From: Candidatus Hydrogenedentota bacterium
GTDB taxonomy: Bacteria > Hydrogenedentota > Hydrogenedentia > Hydrogenedentales > SLHB01
Reading direction: 5' to 3'
Assembly (NCBI GenBank): GCA_034408725.1
Contig: JAWXCN010000251.1
Span: forward strand, 1-24,445
Length of the DNA: 24,445 nucleotides
The notes under the pieces are model-generated. The model was not told the DNA's origin. It saw only the letters and a list, made by a program, of their open reading frames with translations, and made no database searches. Below are positions 7,809 through 16,420 of this stretch, piece by piece. Position numbers and translations under genes: made by a program. The first letter of the stretch is position 1. The number at the start of each line of letters is the position of its first letter.

Positions 7809-10800
7809 ATGAGTACAAATCGAAAGCACCAAGTATTCGTCAGTTCCACCTTTTCTGACCTAGACAAAGAACGTTTGGGCGTGCTTGATGTTATTGCCAA
7901 AATGGGATGCATCGCAGCAGGCATGGAACTGTTTCCAGCCTCTCACAATACCGCATGGCGAGAAATTAAGCGAACAATAGATGAGTCGGATTACTATCTT
8001 CTGATTTTGGGCTCCCGATATGGCTCGCCCGGTCCTGACGGCATAAGTTATACTGAAATGGAATACCGCTATGCTTTAGAATTAGAAATACCAATCGTAG
8101 CGTTTGTACGCAAGTTAGACAATGTAGAGGAGTTGATAAACGATCCGCTTGAAATTCAAAAATTCATCCAGTTTCGCTCTTTAGTGAGCAAGCGACTATT
8201 CAAGCACTGGGTGACAACCCATGATCTGCAAATTGCTGTCTCAACAAGCCTACATCAATTGATATCTGATTATCCATCTCAAGGATGGCTCCGCGCCAAC
8301 CCAAAACCAATATCAACACCGGAAACGACATTGGAATCCAGCGAAACGCAAGCTGTGTCGCTTCGGGCACTAATAGCGTCGACATCTTGGATCGTCGGTG
8401 CCGTTAATTTTGATGAAGATCTGCATTTTTCTAGCTTCTACTTGCGGGCCTCAGCAAAGAAGAACCTAACGAAAGAAATCAAAGAACTTGGGTACAGTGC
8501 AATTATCGCAATTTACGAAGACTTCAATGAAAGGTACTATCTGCCCGAAAGCGAATGTGGAGATGTTGCCAAGGCCCTAGTAGAGAAGATGTTGATGGAG
8601 CCAGATTGGTTTCAGAAAGCGATACTGGATCAAATAAGTCTAAGGCTGCAAGCTTTAACCACTGTATTTAAGGATACCGCCCAAGCTCGTCCCTTTGAAA
8701 ACTTAACAGACAAGCAAATACTTGCGCTATACAAAAAACACAACGATGTGCATTCGTCGCTGTACGAAGTAGCTCGGATACCTGAAACACTTGATAGAGG
8801 TGTCGGATATTTTACGAAATACCTTAATGATTACCCGCGAGCACGTCTTGGGCCTTCTGCGTCGCCGTCCGCTGTTGGAGAAGTGTTCAGTGCCCTAACG
8901 CAGCCGGAAGAAAAGAGCAAAAAACTTGAAGAGCTTGAAGAGTTACTCTCCCTCTCGGTGCAAATAAGGCATGCTGCGAAAGACGGCATCTTTCAAGGCT
9001 CCTCGAAGCGCATGCTCTTGGAGTTAGATCCGGAGATGCTTGGAAAGATTATGAGACATCGGGACAGATGGTCTTTCTGGGGCTATCATGGTTACGGTAC
9101 CCGAGCAACTTTTGATATTAATCATTATTTAAAGCAAATTGGAGAAGCGTTAACAAAAGGTGCAATAAGCGGAATAGATCCAGTTCGTTATAGCGATATG
9201 CTCAAAAAGCACGAACTCCGCAGGATAGAACTTTTTGGCAAGCTCGATATAGATTCTCGACACCAAATGCTTTTTCGATTTTATTCCAGAATTGGCAACG
9301 CGAAACTCTCTAGGCGATTCGTTCAGCTGCGAAATTTCTATTATCTCGATTTGCTGATGATTGAAATTTCTCGACGTTTGCATCTTCGTGAAGGACAAGT
9401 AAGGTCGCTCCTTCCGGAGGAAGTAGAGAATTTGCTTCGTTCGAAAAAACGACCAGCGTTTCTGACTGCATCTCAACGAGCTCGCACAGAAAAGGCAGTT
9501 TTCATCATTTCCTCGAAACAAGAAGCGGTTCTTTCCGGTAAGGACCTGAGTTGGGTGAAGATAGAGATAAAAAAATATAGCCGCCCGGAATCCTCACGAG
9601 GACGGCAACTTACTGGAAATGTATTGTGTCAGGGAATTGCCCAGGGAAGAGCAGTGGTGATAAACCGTCGGGAGGACGCGATTGCATCCGGATTTAAAAA
9701 AGGCGATATTCTCGTCAGTCAAGCGGCTGATCCGGAACTAGCCGAAGTTATGGCTATGGCTTCTGCCGTTCTTGTCGAAACCGGTGGTGTTACATGTCAC
9801 GCCGCGATCATATGTCGTGAGTTGGGTAAGCCTGCGTTGTCTAACATCCATTCTCTGCTTGAGGAAATAAATACAGACGATTATGTCGTCGTGGACGCTT
9901 ACAATGCCACAGTGGAGATTCGTAGGCCGGAGGCACTCAAATATTGTAAGTGGCCCAAGGACTTGTCAGATAGTGATTCCGCAGAATTCGGGAAGAAGGC
10001 AACGACTTTGGCGCAGCTGTCTAGGAGCGGAATGAACGTTCCGCGCTTTTTTGCCATTTCTCTTAATCGCATTGAATTTACTAAAGACCCTCAGGATGCC
10101 ATTGGCCCGGAGAAAAATGATCTTATCGAAGAATTAAAAATAATGGCGGAATCCCTTGACGGACCCATGTTTATTATTCGAAGTAGTTTTGCAGATGAAG
10201 ATGCTGATTCATTAATAGCCGCGGGGCAGTACCCAAGTATTTCAAACATTGACAAGGAGGACTTTGCCTCCACAATTTTAGGAATGGTAGAACGAGCATC
10301 AGGTTTGCCAAAGGAAAGACTTGGCTCCCTGATTGTTCAGGACATGGTTTTGGCAGACTATTCAGGGGTATGCATTACAGAAGACGCTGTCACTGCATTT
10401 GCAGATAAAATCACTATCGAAATAGTACCTGGCAGTAACGAAATCCTGACGAATGGAAATGTTGTGCCAAAAACATATTCGTACAATAAGAATATGCATG
10501 TTGTAGACGAAGTAAATTCTGCGTCGTCTTGGGGGCGCTTAGTCGAGGGGGAAAAACTCCGGGAGATTGCCGAAGCGTGTATTAAGATTGAGACAATTTG
10601 CGGCCAGCCTCAGGATATCGAATGGACGCTAAAGGAGGACACGCTTTGGATCTTGCAATCACGGAGTATTCGTCGAGATAGACGCCGTGTGCTGGCACGT
10701 GCAGACTCCCTGTCTCATATCGAGCATGGGCTTCGGGATATTTCCATAATTTGCCGAGCATACTATGTACCGCCAAATGTTAAATTGCATCTACTTAGAG

Positions 10801-11390
10801 TCGCCGCAATTGGGGATTTTATTTGTGCTAAATGGAACGGCCCCAGAATAAATAGGGCCGTTATAATTAAAGCTCTGCTTTTGCATGACATTGGTAATAT
10901 AGTCAAGGCGGATTATCGCAGGTATCCAGATCTGTTTCCTGAAGAAACGCGAAATCTGAAGTATTGGATTGCCGTACAGCAACGCATCCGCGATAGATTT
11001 GGAGAAACGGACTTGAAAGCTACATTGAATATAGCTCGAGATATCGGAGTGGATAATGAAGTCTTAGAATTGATTCAGAACAAACAGTTTTTGCTGAATC
11101 AGGATACGTTAACTTCCGATTCTTGGGAACGTAAGATCGCGGCGTATGCGGATCAACGAGTCGGGCCACACGGAGTTCTCGGTCTTAATGCCCGACTCGC
11201 TGAGGCGAGGCGACGATACCATGGTGTTGATAACGCGAGCGTCAACTCTTCAAGCTTCGATCAGTTGGCGAGTTGCGCTATCGAAATCGAAAACAAACTT
11301 CAGAAAAATATGGCAGTGTTACTGCGCACCATCGATGACGCGTGTATAGCTATAATTATGAATGAAATTAGACGCGAGCCACTCTTTTGA
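7809..11390 (+). CDS. Multidomain protein: DUF4062, helical domain, PEP-utilizer phospho-His domain, PPDK/PEP-synthase-type ATP-grasp, HD domain
   Basis: VFVSSTFSDL..ER, GMELFPA, LGSRYGS, SYTEMEY (aa ~8-90); ETGGVTCHAAIICRELGKP (His664); GKKA, RSS..ED..AGQY, VQDMV, SGV, DIEW, LQSR (aa ~725-955); H994, HD1026-27, D1115; GGGGAG RBS; lower GC than the flanks. Confidence 0.88.
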   Translation: MSTNRKHQVFVSSTFSDLDKERLGVLDVIAKMGCIAAGMELFPASHNTAWREIKRTIDESDYYLLILGSRYGSPGPDGISYTEMEYRYALELEIPIVAFVRKLDNVEELINDPLEIQKFIQFRSLVSKRLFKHWVTTHDLQIAVSTSLHQLISDYPSQGWLRANPKPISTPETTLESSETQAVSLRALIASTSWIVGAVNFDEDLHFSSFYLRASAKKNLTKEIKELGYSAIIAIYEDFNERYYLPESECGDVAKALVEKMLMEPDWFQKAILDQISLRLQALTTVFKDTAQARPFENLTDKQILALYKKHNDVHSSLYEVARIPETLDRGVGYFTKYLNDYPRARLGPSASPSAVGEVFSALTQPEEKSKKLEELEELLSLSVQIRHAAKDGIFQGSSKRMLLELDPEMLGKIMRHRDRWSFWGYHGYGTRATFDINHYLKQIGEALTKGAISGIDPVRYSDMLKKHELRRIELFGKLDIDSRHQMLFRFYSRIGNAKLSRRFVQLRNFYYLDLLMIEISRRLHLREGQVRSLLPEEVENLLRSKKRPAFLTASQRARTEKAVFIISSKQEAVLSGKDLSWVKIEIKKYSRPESSRGRQLTGNVLCQGIAQGRAVVINRREDAIASGFKKGDILVSQAADPELAEVMAMASAVLVETGGVTCHAAIICRELGKPALSNIHSLLEEINTDDYVVVDAYNATVEIRRPEALKYCKWPKDLSDSDSAEFGKKATTLAQLSRSGMNVPRFFAISLNRIEFTKDPQDAIGPEKNDLIEELKIMAESLDGPMFIIRSSFADEDADSLIAAGQYPSISNIDKEDFASTILGMVERASGLPKERLGSLIVQDMVLADYSGVCITEDAVTAFADKITIEIVPGSNEILTNGNVVPKTYSYNKNMHVVDEVNSASSWGRLVEGEKLREIAEACIKIETICGQPQDIEWTLKEDTLWILQSRSIRRDRRRVLARADSLSHIEHGLRDISIICRAYYVPPNVKLHLLRVAAIGDFICAKWNGPRINRAVIIKALLLHDIGNIVKADYRRYPDLFPEETRNLKYWIAVQQRIRDRFGETDLKATLNIARDIGVDNEVLELIQNKQFLLNQDTLTSDSWERKIAAYADQRVGPHGVLGLNARLAEARRRYHGVDNASVNSSSFDQLASCAIEIENKLQKNMAVLLRTIDDACIAIIMNEIRREPLF

Positions 11391-11766
11391 TCTGCAGTGT
11401 GTGCAATTTTAAACTTGTACACGTATTTATACAAAGTTTTGGAATGTTGGGCCAATTTATGTTACAAACCAATAAAAGCTGACAGGGGCAATCCGGCGGA
11501 GCTGATGGTGGAGGCAGCGGCTGAGTAAACACGAGAGAGAGTCTGTCGCAAGTTTCTTTGGGATTGTCGAGGTTCCCGGTAAGGCTGTTTCATGTCCTGT
11601 GCTGCGGTTGGATTGTGGTAATGCAAAGCGGAAACTTCAAGAAGGCGTGCACTCACGTGAACAACTCGGGAGTGAACATTCGATTAAAGCGCGTACCACT
11701 TGGGAGCTCGGCGGAAGTCCAAGCAAAAACGCACTTTCCTACCCCATAACTCTTTTCAACTTAGAT

Positions 11767-11796
11767 TTGCCCCGCATCCCCGCCATATGCTATTCT
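11767..11796 (+). promoter_or_regulatory. rpsB-tsf promoter
   Basis: TTGCCC (11767-11772), 18-nt spacer, TG-C-TATTCT extended -10 (11788-11796). Confidence 0.6.
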
Positions 11797-11811
11797 CCCG
11801 CGTTCGCAAAT

Positions 11812-11920
11812 TCACAGGGGTCCGTCCTCATTACACGGACAGGGTGTCCGCCTTTGCCAAAACGGCTTGGTGGATAGTGCCGTGGGACCCCAAGGTTAAA
11901 CCCAAAGGGAGAGAAGAATC
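11812..11920 (+). promoter_or_regulatory. Structured rpsB 5' leader (S2 autoregulatory, t44-like)
   Basis: GGGGTCC (11817-23) pairs with GGACCCC (11885-91); CACGG (11834-38) with CCGTG (11880-84); GGGT in the internal loop; inner stem TGTCCGCC/GGTGGATA. Confidence 0.6.
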
Positions 11921-12778
11921 ATGCCTGTTGTCACCATGAGGCAACTGCTGGAGGCTGGAATCCATTTCGGCCACCAGACCCGCCGCTGGAACCCGAAGAT
12001 GGCCCGATATATTTTCGGGCAGCGCAACGGAATCTACATTATCGATCTGCAGAAGACGTTGAAGCAGATCAGCAAGGCGCACCAGTTTGTGCGGGACAGC
12101 GTTGCGCAGGGCGGATCGGTGCTGTTCGTGGGCACGAAGAAGCAGGCGCAGGAACCGATCCAGCGCGAGGCGGCGCGTTGCGGCATGTATTACATGACCA
12201 ACCGCTGGCTTGGCGGGACGCTCACCAACTTTGAGACCGTCCGCACGAGCATCAAGAACCTTGTCCGGCTCGAAGAACTCGATACCACCGGGCAGCTTGA
12301 AAAATATTCCAAGAAGGAGGCCGCGCGCCTTCGCCGCGAGATGGGCAAGCTGCGCAAAAACCTCGACGGCATCAAGACGATGGAAGGTCTTCCGACGGTC
12401 ATGTTCGTGATCGACGCGAAGAAGGAAGCCATCGCGGTGCGCGAAGCCGAACGCCTGGGCATCACCTGCATCGGCGTTGTCGATACGAATGCCGATCCGG
12501 ATGCGGTGCCGATTCCGGTTCCCGGAAACGACGACGCTATCCGCGCGATTGGTTTGTTCTGCTCGATCATCGCGGACGCGGCGATTGAGGGCAAGACCCA
12601 GTTCGAGAAAGTCCGCTCGGAACAGGCGCCACGCGGTCCCCGCGTTCGCCGCATTCCTGCGGGAAGCAGCGCCGCGGCAGATGCTTCGGCCGAACCCTCC
12701 GTGGAAACGGCTGAAGAACAATCCGAGGCGGGTGAACCCGTTGCAGTGGGCGTCGGCGATTCTGAAGGAGAGAAGTAG
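11921..12778 (+). CDS. rpsB: 30S ribosomal protein S2
   Basis: LLEAGIHFGHQTRRWNPKM, RWLGGTLTN, PGNDDAIR; low-complexity C-terminal tail. Confidence 0.99.
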   Translation: MPVVTMRQLLEAGIHFGHQTRRWNPKMARYIFGQRNGIYIIDLQKTLKQISKAHQFVRDSVAQGGSVLFVGTKKQAQEPIQREAARCGMYYMTNRWLGGTLTNFETVRTSIKNLVRLEELDTTGQLEKYSKKEAARLRREMGKLRKNLDGIKTMEGLPTVMFVIDAKKEAIAVREAERLGITCIGVVDTNADPDAVPIPVPGNDDAIRAIGLFCSIIADAAIEGKTQFEKVRSEQAPRGPRVRRIPAGSSAAADASAEPSVETAEEQSEAGEPVAVGVGDSEGEK

Positions 12779-12781
12779 AAC

Positions 12782-13384
12782 ATGGCCGAGGTCACAGCGA
12801 AGATGGTGAAGGACCTGCGCGAATCCACGGGCGCGGGGATGATGGATTGCAAGCAGGCGCTGAGCGAAGCCGCGGGCGACTACGACAAGGCGGTGATCTG
12901 GCTGCGCGAAAAAGGCATGGCGTCGGCGGCGAAGCGGGCAGACCGCGACGCGGGCGAAGGCGCGGTGTTTTCTTACATACACCTTGGCGGCAAGATTGGC
13001 GTGATGGTCGAGATTAATTGCGAGACCGATTTCGTTGCGCGCGGCGAGAAGTTCCAGCAGTTCGGCAAAGACGTGTGCATGCACATCAGCTTTGCCGATC
13101 CCAAATGGCTTCGTCGCGAAGACGTTCCCGGCGACGCGATGACCGCTGAAAAAGACATCTACGTCAAGCAGGCGGCCGAATCCGGCAAACCCGCGAATAT
13201 CTGCGAGAAGATCGCCGACGGCAAGATGAAGTCCTGGTACGAAACGGTATGTTTGCTCGAACAACCGTTTATCAAGGACAAGGACCGCACCATCGAAGAG
13301 ATCATGAAAGAGCTCAGCGGGCTGGTCGGCGAGAAGATTCAGGTACGCCGGTTCGCACGGTTCCAGTTGGGCGAGGGCCTGTAG
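12782..13384 (+). CDS. tsf: Elongation factor Ts (short ~200-aa form)
   Basis: [48 protein letters not shown]. Confidence 0.98.
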   Translation: MAEVTAKMVKDLRESTGAGMMDCKQALSEAAGDYDKAVIWLREKGMASAAKRADRDAGEGAVFSYIHLGGKIGVMVEINCETDFVARGEKFQQFGKDVCMHISFADPKWLRREDVPGDAMTAEKDIYVKQAAESGKPANICEKIADGKMKSWYETVCLLEQPFIKDKDRTIEEIMKELSGLVGEKIQVRRFARFQLGEGL

Positions 13385-13416
13385 CCGCGCGTCTGCGCGA
13401 AGGAGATCGTGACCGC

Positions 13417-14136
13417 GTGGCAGTGCCTGTATACAAGCGCATTATGTTGAAGCTCAGCGGGGAGGCTTTGGAAGGCGATGGGGAAGACCCCATCGATTTC
13501 AAGACGGTCAGCCGTTTTTGCGACGAGATTGCGGAAGTGCGGAAGCTTGGGGTGGACATTGGCCTTGTGGTTGGCGGAGGCAATATCTTTCGCGGCGCGA
13601 AAGGTCTTGAAACCGGACTGGACCAACCCACTGGCGACTACATGGGCATGCTCGCTACGGTGATCAACGCGCTCGCGTTGCAGGCCATGCTCGAGCATAA
13701 AGGCGCGGCGACCCGCGTTATCACCGCCATCGAGATGCGGCCCGTCGCCGAGCCCTATATCCGCCGCCGCGCAATCCGGCATCTCGAAAAAGGGCGCGTC
13801 GTGATTTTCGGCGCGGGTACGGGCAATCCGTTTTTCACTACGGACACCGCCGCGGCCTTGCGCGCAAACGAAATCGGCGCGGAAATTCTGTTCAAGGCGA
13901 CCAAGGTGGATGGTATCTACGACGTGGATCCCGTCAAAAATCCGAACGCCAAGAAGTACGACGAGTTGTCGTATACGACCGCGCTGGCAAAGAATCTGCG
14001 TGTGATGGACGCCACGGCCATCTCCATGTGCCGCGAAAGCAAACTCCCGATACTGGTCTTCAATTTGAACGAGCCGGGCAGTATTATGAAGGCGGTGTGC
14101 GGTGAACGCATCGGCACACTGGTTAAAGGAGATTAA
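13417..14136 (+). CDS. pyrH: Uridylate kinase
   Basis: [41 protein letters not shown] 13417 after AGGAG. Confidence 0.98.
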   Translation: MAVPVYKRIMLKLSGEALEGDGEDPIDFKTVSRFCDEIAEVRKLGVDIGLVVGGGNIFRGAKGLETGLDQPTGDYMGMLATVINALALQAMLEHKGAATRVITAIEMRPVAEPYIRRRAIRHLEKGRVVIFGAGTGNPFFTTDTAAALRANEIGAEILFKATKVDGIYDVDPVKNPNAKKYDELSYTTALAKNLRVMDATAISMCRESKLPILVFNLNEPGSIMKAVCGERIGTLVKGD

Positions 14137-14140
14137 GGCG

Positions 14141-14701
14141 ATGCTGCAACATCCTGTCCTGACAGACGCGCGCGCGAAAATGCAGAAAAGCCTCGAAGCG
14201 CTCGATCACGAGCTGGTCCACATTCGCACGGGCCGCGCATCAACGGGGATGCTCGACGCGCTCGAGATTGAAGTCTACGGCCAGAGAATGAAGATTAATC
14301 AGTTGGGGACGGTGTCCGCCCCTGAAGCGCGCCTGCTAACGATTACCCCGTGGGACAAGTCGCAGATGCCCGCGATCGAGAAAGCGATCTCGACGTCGTC
14401 GCTCGACCTGAATCCGTCGAACGACGGCAAGGTCATTCGCATTCCGATTCCGTCGCTCACCGAACAGCGGCGCAAGGACCTCGTGAAACACGTTCACAAG
14501 CTGGCGGAAGAGCAGCGCGTGTCTGTCCGGAATATTCGCCGTCACGCGGTGGAAGAGATCAAGAAAGAGCAGAAAGACGGGAAGGTTCCGGAAGACGACG
14601 CGCACAAGCTTACTGGTGAAGTTCAGAAAAGCACAGATGACCTCATCGCGAAGATCGACTCCAGCGTCAAGCGCAAAGAAGAAGAGATCATGGAAGTGTG
14701 A
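14141..14701 (+). CDS. frr: Ribosome recycling factor
   Basis: IRTGRAS, LNPSNDG, PSLTEQRRKDLVK, VRNIRR; ATG 14141 after AAGGAG. Confidence 0.98.
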   Translation: MLQHPVLTDARAKMQKSLEALDHELVHIRTGRASTGMLDALEIEVYGQRMKINQLGTVSAPEARLLTITPWDKSQMPAIEKAISTSSLDLNPSNDGKVIRIPIPSLTEQRRKDLVKHVHKLAEEQRVSVRNIRRHAVEEIKKEQKDGKVPEDDAHKLTGEVQKSTDDLIAKIDSSVKRKEEEIMEV

Positions 14702-14800
14702 CGGCGGCCCAGCGCCGGACGCCGGCGCGGGGTGCTGTTGATTGTATACTCGGCACCGCGGTTTGGCGCCCAAGCGCTTTTCCGCGGTTATTTTTTTGAC

Positions 14801-15553
14801 ATGCAGACATACAAAAGCACAACGATGATAGAAGCACCAGAGATCGATCCAGAGCGCCTGCCCCGGCACGTCGCCGTCATCATGGACGGGAATGGCCGTT
14901 GGGCCAAGCGGGAGGGTGTGTCGCGCGCCGCGGGGCACGAAGCCGGGGCAAAAAGCGTGCGCGCGATTGTCGAGGCGTGCCGCGAACTGCAACACATTGA
15001 GGTGCTCACGTTGTATGCGTTCTCGACCGAAAACTGGCGGCGTTCGGCGTTGGAAGTAAACGCACTGTTTCGACTTTTGAGCAAATACGTCAAGATCGAA
15101 CTCGAGAGCATTCACAAGGAAAATATCCGGGTTACCGTCATGGGCAGAATGGCGGGTCTTCCGAAGCAGGCCGTAGCCGATCTCGAATATTCGATGGACC
15201 GCACCCGATCGAACTCGGCGATGATTCTGAACGTCGCCATCAACTACGGTGGCCGCGCCGAGATCGCCGACGCCGCGAAACGCATCGCGCGAGACGTGAA
15301 TGACGGCAAACTCGAAGCGAATGATATCGATGAAGCGACGTTCGCGAAGTACCTGTACGTGCCCGATATCCCCGATCCGGACCTGTTGATTCGCACGAGC
15401 GGGGAGTTGCGCCTCAGCAATTTCATGCTCTGGCAGATGTCGTACACGGAAATCGTCGCGCTTCCAACGCTGTGGCCGGACTTCCGCAAGCAGCATTTGC
15501 ACGAAGCCATCGCGGAATTCCAGGCGCGCGGCCGCAGGTTTGGGGGCCGCTAG
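14801..15553 (+). CDS. uppS: Isoprenyl transferase / undecaprenyl diphosphate synthase
   Basis: HVAVIMDGNGRWA, YAFSTENWRR, NYGGRAEI, IRTSGELRLSNF, RRFGG; start is 14801 or 14825. Confidence 0.97.
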   Translation: MQTYKSTTMIEAPEIDPERLPRHVAVIMDGNGRWAKREGVSRAAGHEAGAKSVRAIVEACRELQHIEVLTLYAFSTENWRRSALEVNALFRLLSKYVKIELESIHKENIRVTVMGRMAGLPKQAVADLEYSMDRTRSNSAMILNVAINYGGRAEIADAAKRIARDVNDGKLEANDIDEATFAKYLYVPDIPDPDLLIRTSGELRLSNFMLWQMSYTEIVALPTLWPDFRKQHLHEAIAEFQARGRRFGGR

Positions 15554-15556
15554 GAC

Positions 15557-16399
15557 ATGGCCGCAAAGACACTCAGCGGCGTTTCGCTTCGCGTGGTGAC
15601 GGGCGTCACCCTGCTGGCGATTTTCCTGTTTGCCATCTGGATGCCCGGCATGCGGATATTGTTTACCGTCCTCGTCAGCATACTCGTGTTCGTCGGACTC
15701 TATGAGTTGTTCGCGCTCGCGCGCGCACGCCAAATATCGCCCGAGACTATCGGCGGAATGCTCTCCGGCACGATCGTCGCTGTCAGCGGGCATTTCGGCA
15801 ACACCACGCTCACGAGCTTCATGCTCTACGGCGGGTGCCTATTGTGCGCGGCGCTTCACGTCGTCCGCGGTCACTACGCCGTGGCCGGTCTCGCGGGAAC
15901 CATATTCGGCATCATCTACGTCGGTTGGTTCGGTGCGCACATGATCATGCTTCATGGATATGGCGAGCAGGGACCTGCGCTTGTAACACTGTTAATCGCG
16001 GTCGTCGCGCTCACCGATACCGGCGCGTTCTTCGTGGGCCGCGCCTTCGGAAAGCACAAGCTTGCGCCCAAGGCCAGCCCCGGTAAAACGTGGGAAGGCG
16101 CAATCGGCGGATTTTGCGCGTCAGTCCTCGGCGCGTTCGCGGTCTACGCGATCTCGCGCGCGTATCCCCAACTTCATTTTCCCAACTGGCACGTCGCGGT
16201 ATATTTGTATACTGGCGCCGCGTTGTCGGTGGCTTCGCAATTTGGGGATCTCGCGGAGTCCGTCATGAAACGCGATGCCGGCATCAAGGATTCCGGGAAT
16301 TTCTTTCCCGGACACGGCGGCGTGCTCGACCGGTGCGACAGTTTTCTATTCGCGGCGCCCTTTTTGTATTACATCGTAATTTTCTCCGAGACCCCATAG
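15557..16399 (+). CDS. cdsA: Phosphatidate cytidylyltransferase
   Basis: DTGAFFVG, SPGKTWEG, GDLAESVMKRDAGIKDSG, PGHGGVLDRCDS. Confidence 0.97.
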   Translation: MAAKTLSGVSLRVVTGVTLLAIFLFAIWMPGMRILFTVLVSILVFVGLYELFALARARQISPETIGGMLSGTIVAVSGHFGNTTLTSFMLYGGCLLCAALHVVRGHYAVAGLAGTIFGIIYVGWFGAHMIMLHGYGEQGPALVTLLIAVVALTDTGAFFVGRAFGKHKLAPKASPGKTWEGAIGGFCASVLGAFAVYAISRAYPQLHFPNWHVAVYLYTGAALSVASQFGDLAESVMKRDAGIKDSGNFFPGHGGVLDRCDSFLFAAPFLYYIVIFSETP

Positions 16400-16420
16400 T
16401 TCCCATCACTGGAATTAGCC

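Noticed and set aside
7809-11390. Annotation as ppsA, ppdK or rifampin phosphotransferase
   Set aside because: No pyruvate-binding barrel, a different domain order, and extra DUF4062 and HD domains
11400-11760. Small ORFs or a riboswitch between the large gene and rpsB
   Set aside because: No recognisable motifs, RBS or aptamer consensus
11831-13264. 477-aa minus-strand ORF
   Set aside because: Antisense shadow of rpsB-tsf
12782-13384. Truncated tsf pseudogene
   Set aside because: The ~200-aa EF-Ts is a known natural form, and both termini are intact
14336-15793. 485-aa minus-strand ORF
   Set aside because: Antisense shadow of frr-uppS-cdsA
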